DNA from: an uncultured bacterium
GTDB lineage: Bacteria > Omnitrophota > Omnitrophia > Omnitrophales > Aquincolibacteriaceae
NCBI GenBank assembly: GCA_964393875.1
Contig: CAYMUZ010000168.1
Location: 1 to 32,396, forward strand
DNA length: 32,396 nt
Reading direction: 5' to 3'
This document shows positions 1 through 8,304 of this stretch, piece after piece. The position numbers and the translations under genes are program-made. Each line of letters starts with the position of its first letter. Position 1 is the first letter of the stretch. Under the pieces are notes generated by a model. The model saw only the letters and a program-made list of their open reading frames with translations. It did not search any database and was not told the origin of the DNA.

Positions 1-189
1 AAATGGCGGCGCAGTTTTTGGGGGTAAATCTACGATGGCAGGGCGCTTGGGATGAAGGGGGTGAGGGGGGGCGGTTGGAGAGTATTAAAGCGGGTCCATT
101 GTGGATGCGTTCAGTTGAACGGCAACTCACCCCTGAAAAAATCCGCCTTTTTGACTTTGTCCGCTCGTCCATGAACAGAGTCCTCTGAG

Positions 190-759
190 TTGAATCCGCT
201 CTATTTTACAGTCGCTGAACCGGCCAGTTATTCTTCCGCGGAAATTAAAGAGATGCTTGAGTGCGGTGTGCCCAATCTCTTTCCTGGTATTGACTTTGAG
301 GCAGAGCTTACGGCTGTCTGCGGTGATCAAAATCATTTGTTCTTTATCCACGGGGAGCGCCGCGAACTTATTTGGGCGAGCGTTCTAAGCGAGTGGAGCC
401 CCGAGAGCCGCGAAAACATTTTATTGCATCTCGCTAGGGTGAATAATACCCTCAAGGATCACCGGCCGTATAGTTCGAAACCCGCGGTGTTTATTTTTAT
501 TCCCGGCGCGGTTGTGAAGGGTCCCGCAGTGCTTGCGGATTGCCCGGAGGAGTGGATTTTTTTCGACTATTTTTTCCTCAATTCCGGGAATAAGAAATCC
601 TTTGCATTGAGGAAAAAGGAGCGTGCCAACGCCCTCGATGACAGCCCAACGACAGAGCCGCCTGAAGCGGGTGACAGTTTTATTAGCCGGGGTTTGCTGG
701 CTCCGGTTGAGCTGGAGCACCTGATTGATCTTTCAATGTCACTGCGATCGATGGCTTGA
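190..759 (+). CDS. hypothetical protein, no recognisable domain
   Basis: 189-codon ORF with a TTG start one nt after the stop of the preceding frame. It is longer than the two antisense ORFs that overlap it. I recognise no motif. The C-terminal third is low-complexity (PTTEPPEAGD). Confidence 0.4.
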   Translation: MNPLYFTVAEPASYSSAEIKEMLECGVPNLFPGIDFEAELTAVCGDQNHLFFIHGERRELIWASVLSEWSPESRENILLHLARVNNTLKDHRPYSSKPAVFIFIPGAVVKGPAVLADCPEEWIFFDYFFLNSGNKKSFALRKKERANALDDSPTTEPPEAGDSFISRGLLAPVELEHLIDLSMSLRSMA

Positions 760-787
760 GCTTTCCGCAAGGTATTTTTTTTGAAGC

Positions 788-816
788 TTGCTGATAGGGT
801 GAATTTTTTTTATAAT
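788..816 (+). promoter_or_regulatory. candidate sigma70-type promoter for the zinc-ribbon gene
   Basis: TTGCTG (788-793), a 17-bp spacer, then a perfect TATAAT (811-816). It sits in an AT-rich gap about 60 nt upstream of the start at 876. Identified by eye only. Confidence 0.35.
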
Positions 817-875
817 GACCCTTCTATTTTGTTTAGAAATGCTACGACTTTTTAGCTCTCCAAAGGGGGCTGCTC

Positions 876-1592
876 TTGAATAAGCAGGTTCAGGCCGATC
901 TTGAAGTCCTCAAACGAACACAATCCGTTGATGCGCAGCTTTATAAAATTTTAAGCGAGATTGAAGAAATTTCCCCGGAGCGTGAAAAAATTAAGCAGGA
1001 AGTCGAAAGTGAGCGGGCTCGTTTCAAGGAGCTTGAGGCGACGCTTAAGAAACGCCAGCTTGCACAGAAAGAAAAAGAAGGAGAGTTGGCGCAAAAGGAA
1101 GGCAATGTCAAAAAGATGGAAGGCCAGTTGTCGCAGGTGAAAACGAATAAGGAGTATGCGGCGCTTCAGCAGGAAATTGCGTCCTTGAAGGCGGATAACT
1201 CGCTGCTCGAAGAAGATGTTATCCGCATCATGGATGAGATTGAGGCCTGCCGTGATGAGGTGCTCAAAGAGCAGGCGCGTCTTAAGGACCGAGAGAAAGA
1301 TTTTACGGTTCGCGAGCAAGAGATCCAGAAGCGCGAGAAAGAGTGTTTGGATCAGAAACAAGAATTGTTACAGCAGAAAGAAGTAAGTATCAGCGCCCTA
1401 GCGCCGGATGTCAAAAGTCTTTATCTGCGTATCGTGGAAAAGAAAAATGGAATTGCTCTTGTGCCGGTTCGCGGCGGTATCTGCGCAGGCTGCCGGATGT
1501 TACTGAGAGCCCAAGTGATCAATGAAGTGATGCTGCAGGAAACGCTTGTGATTTGTGACAACTGCGCGCGTATTTTGTATATCGAAAATTGA
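876..1592 (+). CDS. coiled-coil / C4 zinc-ribbon protein (COG1579, DUF164, HP0958-like family)
   Basis: TTG start 6 nt after AAGGGGG (863-869). About 190 aa of charged heptad-like coiled coil (KEKEGELAQKEG, QEIQKREKE) is followed by a C-terminal CxxC...CxxC ribbon (ICAGCRM ... ICDNCARILY). Confidence 0.85.
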   Translation: MNKQVQADLEVLKRTQSVDAQLYKILSEIEEISPEREKIKQEVESERARFKELEATLKKRQLAQKEKEGELAQKEGNVKKMEGQLSQVKTNKEYAALQQEIASLKADNSLLEEDVIRIMDEIEACRDEVLKEQARLKDREKDFTVREQEIQKREKECLDQKQELLQQKEVSISALAPDVKSLYLRIVEKKNGIALVPVRGGICAGCRMLLRAQVINEVMLQETLVICDNCARILYIEN

Positions 1593-1793
1593 GCTTTTTC
1601 GCCGGCTTCATGCCGGTGCGGCGAATCTCGCCTCACCCCCCCCCTCGCTAGTTTCTTGATCGCGTCTTAGTTAGAGCCTTTTTCTCCCCCACTTTGCAGC
1701 CACTGGAAGAATAGCCCACATATTGTATTTTTAAATCGTCCAAGTACAACAGGATGTATCTTTTTGTCCATGAAGCACTTAAGTAAAAAATAA

Positions 1794-1822
1794 TTGACAG
1801 GCGTGTTAATAAAAAATAGACT
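1794..1822 (+). promoter_or_regulatory. candidate Pmra-like promoter of the dcw cluster
   Basis: Consensus -35 TTGACA (1794-1799), a 17-bp spacer, then -10 TAGACT (1817-1822). It lies 64 nt upstream of the mraZ ATG. Confidence 0.5.
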
Positions 1823-1835
1823 GCGCTCGATAATT

Positions 1836-1864
1836 AAGTGGTAGAAAGTGGTGTAAAGTGGTGG
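1836..1864 (+). promoter_or_regulatory. candidate MraZ operator (three phased direct repeats)
   Basis: AAGTGGT occurs three times at exact 10-bp spacing (1836-1842, 1846-1852, 1856-1862), just downstream of the -10 and upstream of mraZ. MraZ proteins are known to bind arrays of short G-rich direct repeats with about 10-bp periodicity in their own promoter. Confidence 0.6.
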
Positions 1865-1885
1865 ATAAGCCAATGCGAGGTAAGC

Positions 1886-2320
1886 ATGTTCTACGGTGAA
1901 TATGAGCACACACTTGATGCAAAAGATCGCGTGATCGTTCCCGCGAAGTTCCGGGAGATTTTTAAAGAAAGCTACACGGAGCGTTTCTTTATCACGCGGG
2001 GCCTCGATCAATGTCTTTTTGTGTTCACCGAAGAAGTTTGGCGCGCCCAAGAACGCAAGTTCCGCGAAATGCCGTTCACCCGGCAGGAAGCTCGAAAATT
2101 CAATCGTCTTTTTTTCTCAGGGGCGGCCGAAGTCGTTTGTGACAAACAGGGGCGTATTTTGATTCCAGGGTATCTCAAAGGGTTTGCCGACATTAAACAG
2201 GACGTCATGATTATCGGTGTTTCCGACAGGATTGAAATTTGGTCCAAGGAAAAGTGGCATGGTTTTATTGAAAATAACAAGGGTAGTTTTGAAGATCTCG
2301 CGGAGAAACTTTTGAGCTAG
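1886..2320 (+). CDS. mraZ: transcriptional regulator MraZ
   Basis: MFYGEYEHTLDAKDRVIVPAKFRE at the N-terminus, with a second half-domain DKQGRILIPGYLK. These are the two DxxxR-containing SpoVT/AbrB-like repeats typical of MraZ. ATG at 1886 follows GAGG (1877-1880). The 16 codons upstream in the ORF track overlap the operator and are unlikely to be coding. It is the first gene of a dcw-type cluster. Confidence 0.9.
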   Translation: MFYGEYEHTLDAKDRVIVPAKFREIFKESYTERFFITRGLDQCLFVFTEEVWRAQERKFREMPFTRQEARKFNRLFFSGAAEVVCDKQGRILIPGYLKGFADIKQDVMIIGVSDRIEIWSKEKWHGFIENNKGSFEDLAEKLLS

Positions 2321-2340
2321 GCTGAAAAAAGGAGGATCCT

Positions 2341-2679
2341 ATGGCTTATCGTTCCAGAACTAAAGTGGGGGTGGACGTTCTTCGGTTTGAGGGTGATTTA
2401 AGTGTTGGGGAGATGGTCAAGATGAAAAGCCGCCTCACGCGCCTTTTAAACAAAAACCACAAAAATATGCTCTTGGATCTCAAGCAGGCGCGAAATGTCG
2501 AGCTTGCAGGCCTTGGAATTCTTGTGGATCGCCTCCGCAGTGTTCGCGCCCTCAAAGGCGATATTAAACTTTTCAATCTTCGCCCGGAAGTCCGCAATGC
2601 GTTCAACATGGTCGGAGTGGGTTCTTTGATGGAGTCTTTTGCGTCTGAAGAGGAGGCTTTGAGGAGTTTTGCCGCATAA
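2341..2679 (+). CDS. STAS-domain protein (anti-sigma-factor-antagonist-like)
   Basis: ATG follows AGGAGG (2330-2335). The 112-aa size and pattern are SpoIIAA/STAS-like: LRFEGDLSVGE...LLDLKQARNVELAGLGILV...LRPEVRNAFNMVGV. The usual DSSGLG phospho-serine position reads ELAGLG. Confidence 0.8.
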   Translation: MAYRSRTKVGVDVLRFEGDLSVGEMVKMKSRLTRLLNKNHKNMLLDLKQARNVELAGLGILVDRLRSVRALKGDIKLFNLRPEVRNAFNMVGVGSLMESFASEEEALRSFAA

Positions 2680-3571
2680 GCCTGTTTTGGTTCAAGAAAC
2701 CCTTGAACTCCTTAAACTGCGACCCGCAATGACGGTGGTCGATGGAACCCTTGGCGGTGGAGGTCACTCTCTTGAAATCGTTCGACGAATTGCTCCCGGA
2801 GGCCACTTGATCGCCCTTGACAGAGACCCCGATGCATTAGAGCGGGCACAAAAAAAACTTCCAACGGACTGTCGCCTGAGCTTTGCGAATGAAAACTTCA
2901 AAGATCTACCCGGTGTTCTCCGGCAGCTTAATGTTTCATCGGTGGATGCCGTTCTCTTGGACGTAGGGTTCTCGTCCGATCAGGTTGAGGAGGCTTCGAG
3001 AGGGTTTAGTTTTGACAAGGAGGGGCCGCTGGACATGCGTTTGAATCAACAGGAAGGGATTTCAACAGCAGCGGATTTCTTGGCGGAACTTTCGGAGGGC
3101 GAGCTTGAAGCTGTTTTTCGTAACTATGGCGAAGAGAGATTTGCCCGGCGGATTGCTAGAGCCGTTTGCTGGCATCGGGATAAGAATCCGATTGAGACGA
3201 CTTTTCAGCTCGCGGAGGTGGTTGTTTCAGCCATTCCGGGAGCCCGATCGCGTGGTCCCCGTCCTTTTTTTAAAAGACATCCTGCCATGAGAGTTTTTCA
3301 AGCACTGCGGATAGCGGTGAATGATGAGTTGGGAAGTCTTCAGGAAGGCTTGGCGAATATTTGGCCGCATGTCCATTGCGGCGGGCGCCTGGGGGTGATT
3401 TCGTTTCACTCCCTCGAAGACCGTATCGTTAAGCGAAAGTTTCTCGCATGGAAAGCGGAGGGCTCTGCAGAGATCGTGACGCGTAAACCGGTTCAGCCTG
3501 CGGAAGCGGAGCTTCAGGAGAACTCCAGAGCGCGTAGTGCAAAATTCAGAGTGGCGGAAAAAAAATCATGA
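2669..3571 (+). CDS. rsmH: 16S rRNA (cytosine1402-N4)-methyltransferase RsmH
   Basis: HKPVLVQE N-terminus, VDGTLGGGGHS SAM-binding motif, LDVGFSSDQ, and FHSLEDRIVK. The TTG start overlaps the STAS stop by 11 nt. The exact start is uncertain. Confidence 0.92.
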   Translation: MPHKPVLVQETLELLKLRPAMTVVDGTLGGGGHSLEIVRRIAPGGHLIALDRDPDALERAQKKLPTDCRLSFANENFKDLPGVLRQLNVSSVDAVLLDVGFSSDQVEEASRGFSFDKEGPLDMRLNQQEGISTAADFLAELSEGELEAVFRNYGEERFARRIARAVCWHRDKNPIETTFQLAEVVVSAIPGARSRGPRPFFKRHPAMRVFQALRIAVNDELGSLQEGLANIWPHVHCGGRLGVISFHSLEDRIVKRKFLAWKAEGSAEIVTRKPVQPAEAELQENSRARSAKFRVAEKKS

Positions 3572-3954
3572 AAGGCAGTGGAAAAATTATTTTGGCGATA
3601 GGGCTTTTGGCCAGTTTGCTCGTGCTTTACGTGCATGCACAAATCCAGCTTTTTCGTATTTCCTATGTGCTCGATCGGTCGGCTAAAAAAGAGGTGGAAC
3701 TCTCTGAGAAGTATCGTTTTTTGAAGTACCAGCTTGATCAGATGAAGGCTCCGCGGCTTTTGGAAGAAAAACTGGGTGAGCTGCAGTTTGATTTAACCCT
3801 GCCTGCCGAGATACGAGTGATACGGTTAGAACAGCCTGTTTTCTCTGCGATACAGCTTTCGCCGGGAATCTTCAGTCCCAAGCCTTTCTCCCAGAAGTTT
3901 ACCGATTTTTTTGAGCGCTGGGTCAAAGTGGCCCAAGCCAAGACAGATACTTGA
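3568..3954 (+). CDS. ftsL: cell division protein FtsL-like (bitopic membrane protein)
   Basis: ATGA overlap with the rsmH stop. It has a single N-terminal TM helix (IILAIGLLASLLVLYV) followed by a short coiled-coil-like segment. Its position between rsmH and ftsI fits FtsL. Sequence conservation in this family is weak, so the call rests mainly on context. Confidence 0.7.
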   Translation: MKGSGKIILAIGLLASLLVLYVHAQIQLFRISYVLDRSAKKEVELSEKYRFLKYQLDQMKAPRLLEEKLGELQFDLTLPAEIRVIRLEQPVFSAIQLSPGIFSPKPFSQKFTDFFERWVKVAQAKTDT

Positions 3955-3997
3955 GGTGAAGCGCCCAGGCGCTTTCCCTACCCTTTAGTACGGGCTC

Positions 3998-5755
3998 ATG
4001 GCGTCCCTTCTTTCACCCCGCCGCTTCTGGTTTTTGGGGCTTGTTGTTTGCGCATTGTTTATTCTTCTTACCTACCAATTGCTTCAGCTCTGTGTCGTGC
4101 GCCGGCCGACATTACTTCAGATCGCTGAGCGGCAGCAACAGCTTAAAATAGAAATTCCTCCCGTGCGCGGTCAGATTTTTGACCACGACGCTAAAGAGCT
4201 TGCCACCAGTCTCAAAGTTCCATCCGTCTACGCGATCCCGCGTCTTATCGGCAAAAATGAAGTAAAGGATCTCGCCGCCAGGCTCAGCAAAATTTTAAAT
4301 GTGGGCACGCCCTATCTTCTTAAACGCTTAAGCCGCGACAAAGCGTTTGTCTGGATTAAGCGGCGCGTGAGTTTTGAAGACGCTGAACACATTCGGAATA
4401 TGGAACATCCGGCGTTGGGTCTTGTGGAGGAATACAAACGTTTTTACCCTCAGGCGGATCTTGCGTCTCATGTGCTGGGCTATGTGAACGTCGATAGCCA
4501 CGGCCTCGAGGGAGTCGAAAGGGTTTTTGACCGTGAGCTGCGGGGAGAGGCGGGAAGGCGTTATACGAAGCGTGATGCTTTGGGGCGGGAAGTGCGTGCT
4601 TTTGAGATTAAGTCGGTGCCCGCCATCAACGGCAAGCGTATTTATTTGACACTGGATCAATACATGCAGTACGTGACGGAACGGGCTCTTGATCGCGCTT
4701 ATATCAAGTGGCATGCCAAGGGTGCCACGGCGGTCATGATGGAGGCATCGACAGGCCGCATTCTGGCGATTGCCAACCGGCCCACCTATGATCCCAACCG
4801 GCCGGGTGGAGCGGCGGCTGAAGCCCGCCGCAACCGCGCTGTCACGGATATGTATGAGCCGGGTTCCATCTTTAAAATCGTGGCTTTCAGCGGTGTTCTA
4901 GAAGAAAAAAAGGGGGGATTGGAAGACAAGTTTAATTGCGAAAATGGAAATTATCATTACGGCGGCGGGCGAGTGCTTCATGATGCCCATCCTTATGGAA
5001 TTCTCACCCTCCCTGAAATTTTAATCAAATCCAGCAACATTGGCACCGTGAAAGTGGCGGCGCTGCTCGAACACGAGAGTCTTTTTCACTACATTCAAGG
5101 GTTTGGGTTCACCCAACTGACAGGAATTGATCTGCCGGGCGAAGCCGCTGGTTTTATTCGCCCGCCCAGCTTATGGTCCAAAACATCCCCCTATAACATC
5201 CCGATTGGGCATGAGACGCTTGTGACCCTGCTTCAAATGACACGAGCCTTTGCTGTGATTGCCAATGGGGGCAATCTTGTCACTCCGTACGTGCTTTCCA
5301 GGATCGAAGATGAAGCGGGGGTGACCCTGCTTGAGAAAAAACCAGTGATTCGCAGCCGCGTGATCAGTGAAGAAACCGCAAAGACGATGCGCGAATTGAT
5401 GATCCGCGTGGTGACGGAAGGAACCGGAACTAACGCAAGAATCGAGGGAGTGCTTGTCGCCGGAAAAACGGGGACGGCTCAAAAAGTGCTGTCCCATGGG
5501 CGTGGGTATTCGCACGACAGCTTTATGTCTTCATTCATCGGGTTTGCGCCGGCAGATGCGCCGCGGATTGTGATGGCCGTGATGCTGGATGATCCAAAAC
5601 CGAGTTATTACGGCGGGACTGTGGCAGCGCCTGTTTTTAAGGAAGCCGTGGAAGCCGCTCTTTTTGCGCTTGGATACGTTCCACAGAACGCCAAAGTTTT
5701 TAACGGGATTTCAGCTTCGGCAGGCGCTCCAGAAAATCCAGCCACTGCGGAGTGA
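3998..5755 (+). CDS. ftsI: peptidoglycan D,D-transpeptidase FtsI (class B PBP)
   Basis: N-terminal TM helix and a PBP dimerisation region. The transpeptidase motifs are present: SxxK (GSIFK), SxN (KSSN) and KTG (GKTGTA). It sits after ftsL in the dcw cluster. Confidence 0.92.
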   Translation: MASLLSPRRFWFLGLVVCALFILLTYQLLQLCVVRRPTLLQIAERQQQLKIEIPPVRGQIFDHDAKELATSLKVPSVYAIPRLIGKNEVKDLAARLSKILNVGTPYLLKRLSRDKAFVWIKRRVSFEDAEHIRNMEHPALGLVEEYKRFYPQADLASHVLGYVNVDSHGLEGVERVFDRELRGEAGRRYTKRDALGREVRAFEIKSVPAINGKRIYLTLDQYMQYVTERALDRAYIKWHAKGATAVMMEASTGRILAIANRPTYDPNRPGGAAAEARRNRAVTDMYEPGSIFKIVAFSGVLEEKKGGLEDKFNCENGNYHYGGGRVLHDAHPYGILTLPEILIKSSNIGTVKVAALLEHESLFHYIQGFGFTQLTGIDLPGEAAGFIRPPSLWSKTSPYNIPIGHETLVTLLQMTRAFAVIANGGNLVTPYVLSRIEDEAGVTLLEKKPVIRSRVISEETAKTMRELMIRVVTEGTGTNARIEGVLVAGKTGTAQKVLSHGRGYSHDSFMSSFIGFAPADAPRIVMAVMLDDPKPSYYGGTVAAPVFKEAVEAALFALGYVPQNAKVFNGISASAGAPENPATAE

Positions 5756-6671
5756 ATCGCTCTTTCGGATAGACGGCCTCGAGGTCGGTGAATCCTGCGG
5801 GTGATGTGACGTTTACTTCCAATAATTTCCCCCCCATCACATCCAGCCCCGCAACCGACAGTCCGAGCTTTTTCAGCCAGGGGATGATTCGTTTTACGAG
5901 GCGTATTTCTTTTGAAGTTAATGTAGCGGGGTGAGCGGTGCCGCCCAAACTCAAATTGGAGCGGAACTCGCCGGGCGGTGGACGTTTTTCAAACACCCCT
6001 AGAATGCGCCCATTTAAAATCAATACGCGCTTATCGGCACCTCTCGGTGATTTTATGAACTTTTGGACAGCAACGGGAATGCGTCCGCCGCGAGTCAGGT
6101 GCCGGATCTGAGTTTGAGCCGCAGCGCCATGACGTGAGAGCAGAAGAATGCCGCGTCCACCGCGCTCATCCAGTCGTTTGATGACCAGCGTTACGCGTTT
6201 TCTTTTTTGAAACGCCAAGATGGTTTGAGCCGAAGCGCTGACCAGTGTTTGGGGGGTAGGGCTCTGTGTGAGAATCGGTGCCCACTTTTCACTGGCATTT
6301 CTAACACCGGCAGGACTGTTGACCACAGGGACAAAACGGCTCGCACATTCCAACAGATACGTCAGATGAAGGTAGGCTTCGTCAAAAGGGGGCTCCTTTC
6401 TCAGTAAAACTAGATTAAACCGTGGCATTTCCATCGGCACTGGCGCGAGACTGTTAAATCCCTTTTGGGGCCGTGGGGAAAATCGATGAGCCTCAGCGAT
6501 GATTCGGCCGGTGTCAAAAGAAAGTCCCCGCACGTCTGTCCACCAGGTGTGGATGCCACGATGCGCCATTTCGCGCGCCAGCGCAAGGGAGTTATCCCAC
6601 ACAGGATCCAGACGGTGAATCGGATCCATCACAAACAGCACACGCTCTAAGGGTCTAAATATTTTTTTCAC
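5700..6671 (-). CDS. gshB: glutathione synthetase (prokaryotic ATP-grasp type)
   Basis: Colinear with E. coli GshB as I remember it: VMDPI..., LLRKEPPFD, NSPAGVRNASEK, DKRVLILNG, EFRSNLSLGGTAHPATLT, GLDVMGGKLLEVNVTSP. GTG start at 6669-6671. Confidence 0.9.
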   Translation of the reverse strand: MKKIFRPLERVLFVMDPIHRLDPVWDNSLALAREMAHRGIHTWWTDVRGLSFDTGRIIAEAHRFSPRPQKGFNSLAPVPMEMPRFNLVLLRKEPPFDEAYLHLTYLLECASRFVPVVNSPAGVRNASEKWAPILTQSPTPQTLVSASAQTILAFQKRKRVTLVIKRLDERGGRGILLLSRHGAAAQTQIRHLTRGGRIPVAVQKFIKSPRGADKRVLILNGRILGVFEKRPPPGEFRSNLSLGGTAHPATLTSKEIRLVKRIIPWLKKLGLSVAGLDVMGGKLLEVNVTSPAGFTDLEAVYPKERFTPQWLDFLERLPKLKSR

Positions 6672-6698
6672 AGGAAAATAGATTTTGTTACTTCGAGT

Positions 6699-8165
6699 TT
6701 GGTTACTCTAGGTTTCTTTCCTTGTGGAATCTTGAAGCTAAGTTTATTCTACTGTAAAAGAACCATCCGGAGGCTATTTTTGAGCACTTTTATTGGGAGT
6801 ACCAGTCAGACTCTTCTAGAATCGGAGAAACCCCTGCACGATTATTTTCAGCGGCACGCCAAGCCCCGTTCCGGGCTGCTTGTGGGGTTGGAGTTGGAAA
6901 TTTTTGCAGTGAACCGTGAGAGCGGCCGCGCACTGCCTTATTCGGGGGCGGGAGGAATCGAAAAAATTTTGCAGAGGATGGTTTCGCGTTTTCACTATAC
7001 GCCTGTGGAAGAAAACGGCCACATCATCGCGCTTCGTCGTAAGGATGCAATGATCACACTCGAACCGGGTGGACAGGTTGAACTGAGCGCGCCGCCGGTG
7101 GTGACTCTCTTTGAGGTTGAATGGCAAATAGCCAGGTTTTTTTCTGAATTGCATCTTTTGAAAGATGATTTTCAAGAGTTGGAGTGGATCGCTTTTGGAA
7201 TTCAACCGTTTAGTACGAGTGAGGATATCGAGCGAGTTCCCAAAGTGCGCTACGGGATGATGGCCGAACATTTCAAGACGAGGGGAGCGCTTTCTCACGA
7301 CATGATGAAATGTACGGCGACCAATCAAGTGAATTTTGATTATCTGAATGAGGACGACGCCATGGACAGTTTGCGTACGGCACTCGGAATTACGTCGATC
7401 GTTTCAGCCTTGTTTGCAAACTCCTCTTTTTCTGGGGGAGCCCCCAATGGATTTTTGACGCGGCGTCTTGAGATTTGGAACCATACGGACCCTGACCGTA
7501 CCGGAATTGTGCCATTGTTTTTGGAGCCTGGCCGCACCTTTCAAGATTATCTCGAGTACCTGCTTCAGATGCCGATGCTTTTTATTGTTCGGGAGGGAAG
7601 GTGGCTGATGGTGCCAAACCGCTCTTTCCGGCAGTTTATCCGCCATGGTTTTGAACACTGGCGAGCGACGCTGGAAGATTTTGAATTGCATTTAAGTGCG
7701 GCTTTTCCGGAAGTGCGTTTGAAGCAGTATTTGGAAGTTCGCGGAGCGGATTGCCAGCCGCCTAAACTGATTCCGGCCGTGGCCGCATTCTGGAAAGGCA
7801 TTCTCTATCGGCAAGATGCCCGGCGCGAGGCGTGGAAGCTCGTGGCGGATGCTTCGATGGATGAGCGCCGGCGGTTGCATCAAGAAGTACCGCGGCTTGG
7901 GCTTTCAGCAAAACTGGGTGGCTGGTCCAGTTTCGACATCGCCCGGGAGCTGATAGAAGTTTCTTATGACAGTCTTGCGAAGCAGGGGACGGGTAGTGGA
8001 ACCCGCAGTGAATGTCAGTTTTTAACGCGGCTTCGCGAGCAAATCAGGAAGCCCCGGCAGTCGTCTGCGGAACAATTTCTTACGTGGTATCGGTCCGAGA
8101 CTTTTCGCAGCCCGTGCGAAATCGTGGATTACCTGCGCATTGGCGGGGTGCGCGACAGGGCCTGA
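6699..8165 (+). CDS. gshA: glutamate--cysteine ligase, plant/proteobacterial type (GCS2 family)
   Basis: ITLEPGGQVELSAPP, PKVRYGMM, TATNQVNFDY and ALFANSSF match the hallmark blocks of plant-type gamma-glutamylcysteine synthetase. There is no in-frame ATG near the 5' end. Candidate starts are TTG 6699 or TTG 6780. Confidence 0.88.
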   Translation: MVTLGFFPCGILKLSLFYCKRTIRRLFLSTFIGSTSQTLLESEKPLHDYFQRHAKPRSGLLVGLELEIFAVNRESGRALPYSGAGGIEKILQRMVSRFHYTPVEENGHIIALRRKDAMITLEPGGQVELSAPPVVTLFEVEWQIARFFSELHLLKDDFQELEWIAFGIQPFSTSEDIERVPKVRYGMMAEHFKTRGALSHDMMKCTATNQVNFDYLNEDDAMDSLRTALGITSIVSALFANSSFSGGAPNGFLTRRLEIWNHTDPDRTGIVPLFLEPGRTFQDYLEYLLQMPMLFIVREGRWLMVPNRSFRQFIRHGFEHWRATLEDFELHLSAAFPEVRLKQYLEVRGADCQPPKLIPAVAAFWKGILYRQDARREAWKLVADASMDERRRLHQEVPRLGLSAKLGGWSSFDIARELIEVSYDSLAKQGTGSGTRSECQFLTRLREQIRKPRQSSAEQFLTWYRSETFRSPCEIVDYLRIGGVRDRA

Positions 8166-8229
8166 TTTTTTAACTGCATTTTCTGCTGTTCTTCGTTATA
8201 ATTTCGCTTCCCTCCAAAAGGTAAATCAT

Positions 8230-8304
8230 CGGGATGTAGCACAGTTTGGCTAGTGCGCTCGGTTCGGGACCGAGAGGTCGCAGGTTCAAATCCTGCCATC
8301 CCGA
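8230..8304 (+). tRNA. tRNA-Pro (anticodon CGG)
   Basis: Perfect cloverleaf of 75 nt. Acceptor stem is CGGGATG/CATCCCG, D stem GCAC/GTGC, anticodon stem CTCGG/CCGAG with loop TTCGGGA (CGG, G37), variable loop AGGTC, T arm GCAGG-TTCAAAT-CCTGC, discriminator A. CCA is not encoded. Confidence 0.95.

Noticed and set aside
3-188. 61-codon ORF at the very start of the window
   Set aside because: It may be the 3' end of a gene that begins upstream of the window, but it has no recognisable motif and its start cannot be seen. There is not enough evidence to call it.
951-1361. 136-aa minus-strand ORF inside the zinc-ribbon/coiled-coil gene
   Set aside because: It is a shadow of a low-complexity, Lys/Glu-rich coding region; the antisense of GAA/AAG-rich codons gives Leu/Phe-rich open frames. 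The plus-strand gene has a clear domain architecture.
1600-1618. Hairpin CCGGC-ttcat-GCCGG after the zinc-ribbon gene, as a possible terminator
   Set aside because: The stem is short and no T-tract follows it; a C-rich run follows instead. It is not convincing as an intrinsic terminator.
1636-1644. Homopolymer tracts: C9 at 1636-1644 and C8 at 18564-18571 (the latter abutting a possible TTGCAT -35), as candidate phase-variation switches
   Set aside because: The tracts are short and I have no evidence of length variation. Only population or read-level data could show slippage, so this is too speculative to list as a finding.
1667-2050. 127-aa minus-strand ORF across the mraZ promoter and 5' end
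   Set aside because: It overlaps the well-supported mraZ N-terminus and the promoter/operator region, and has no motif or SD.
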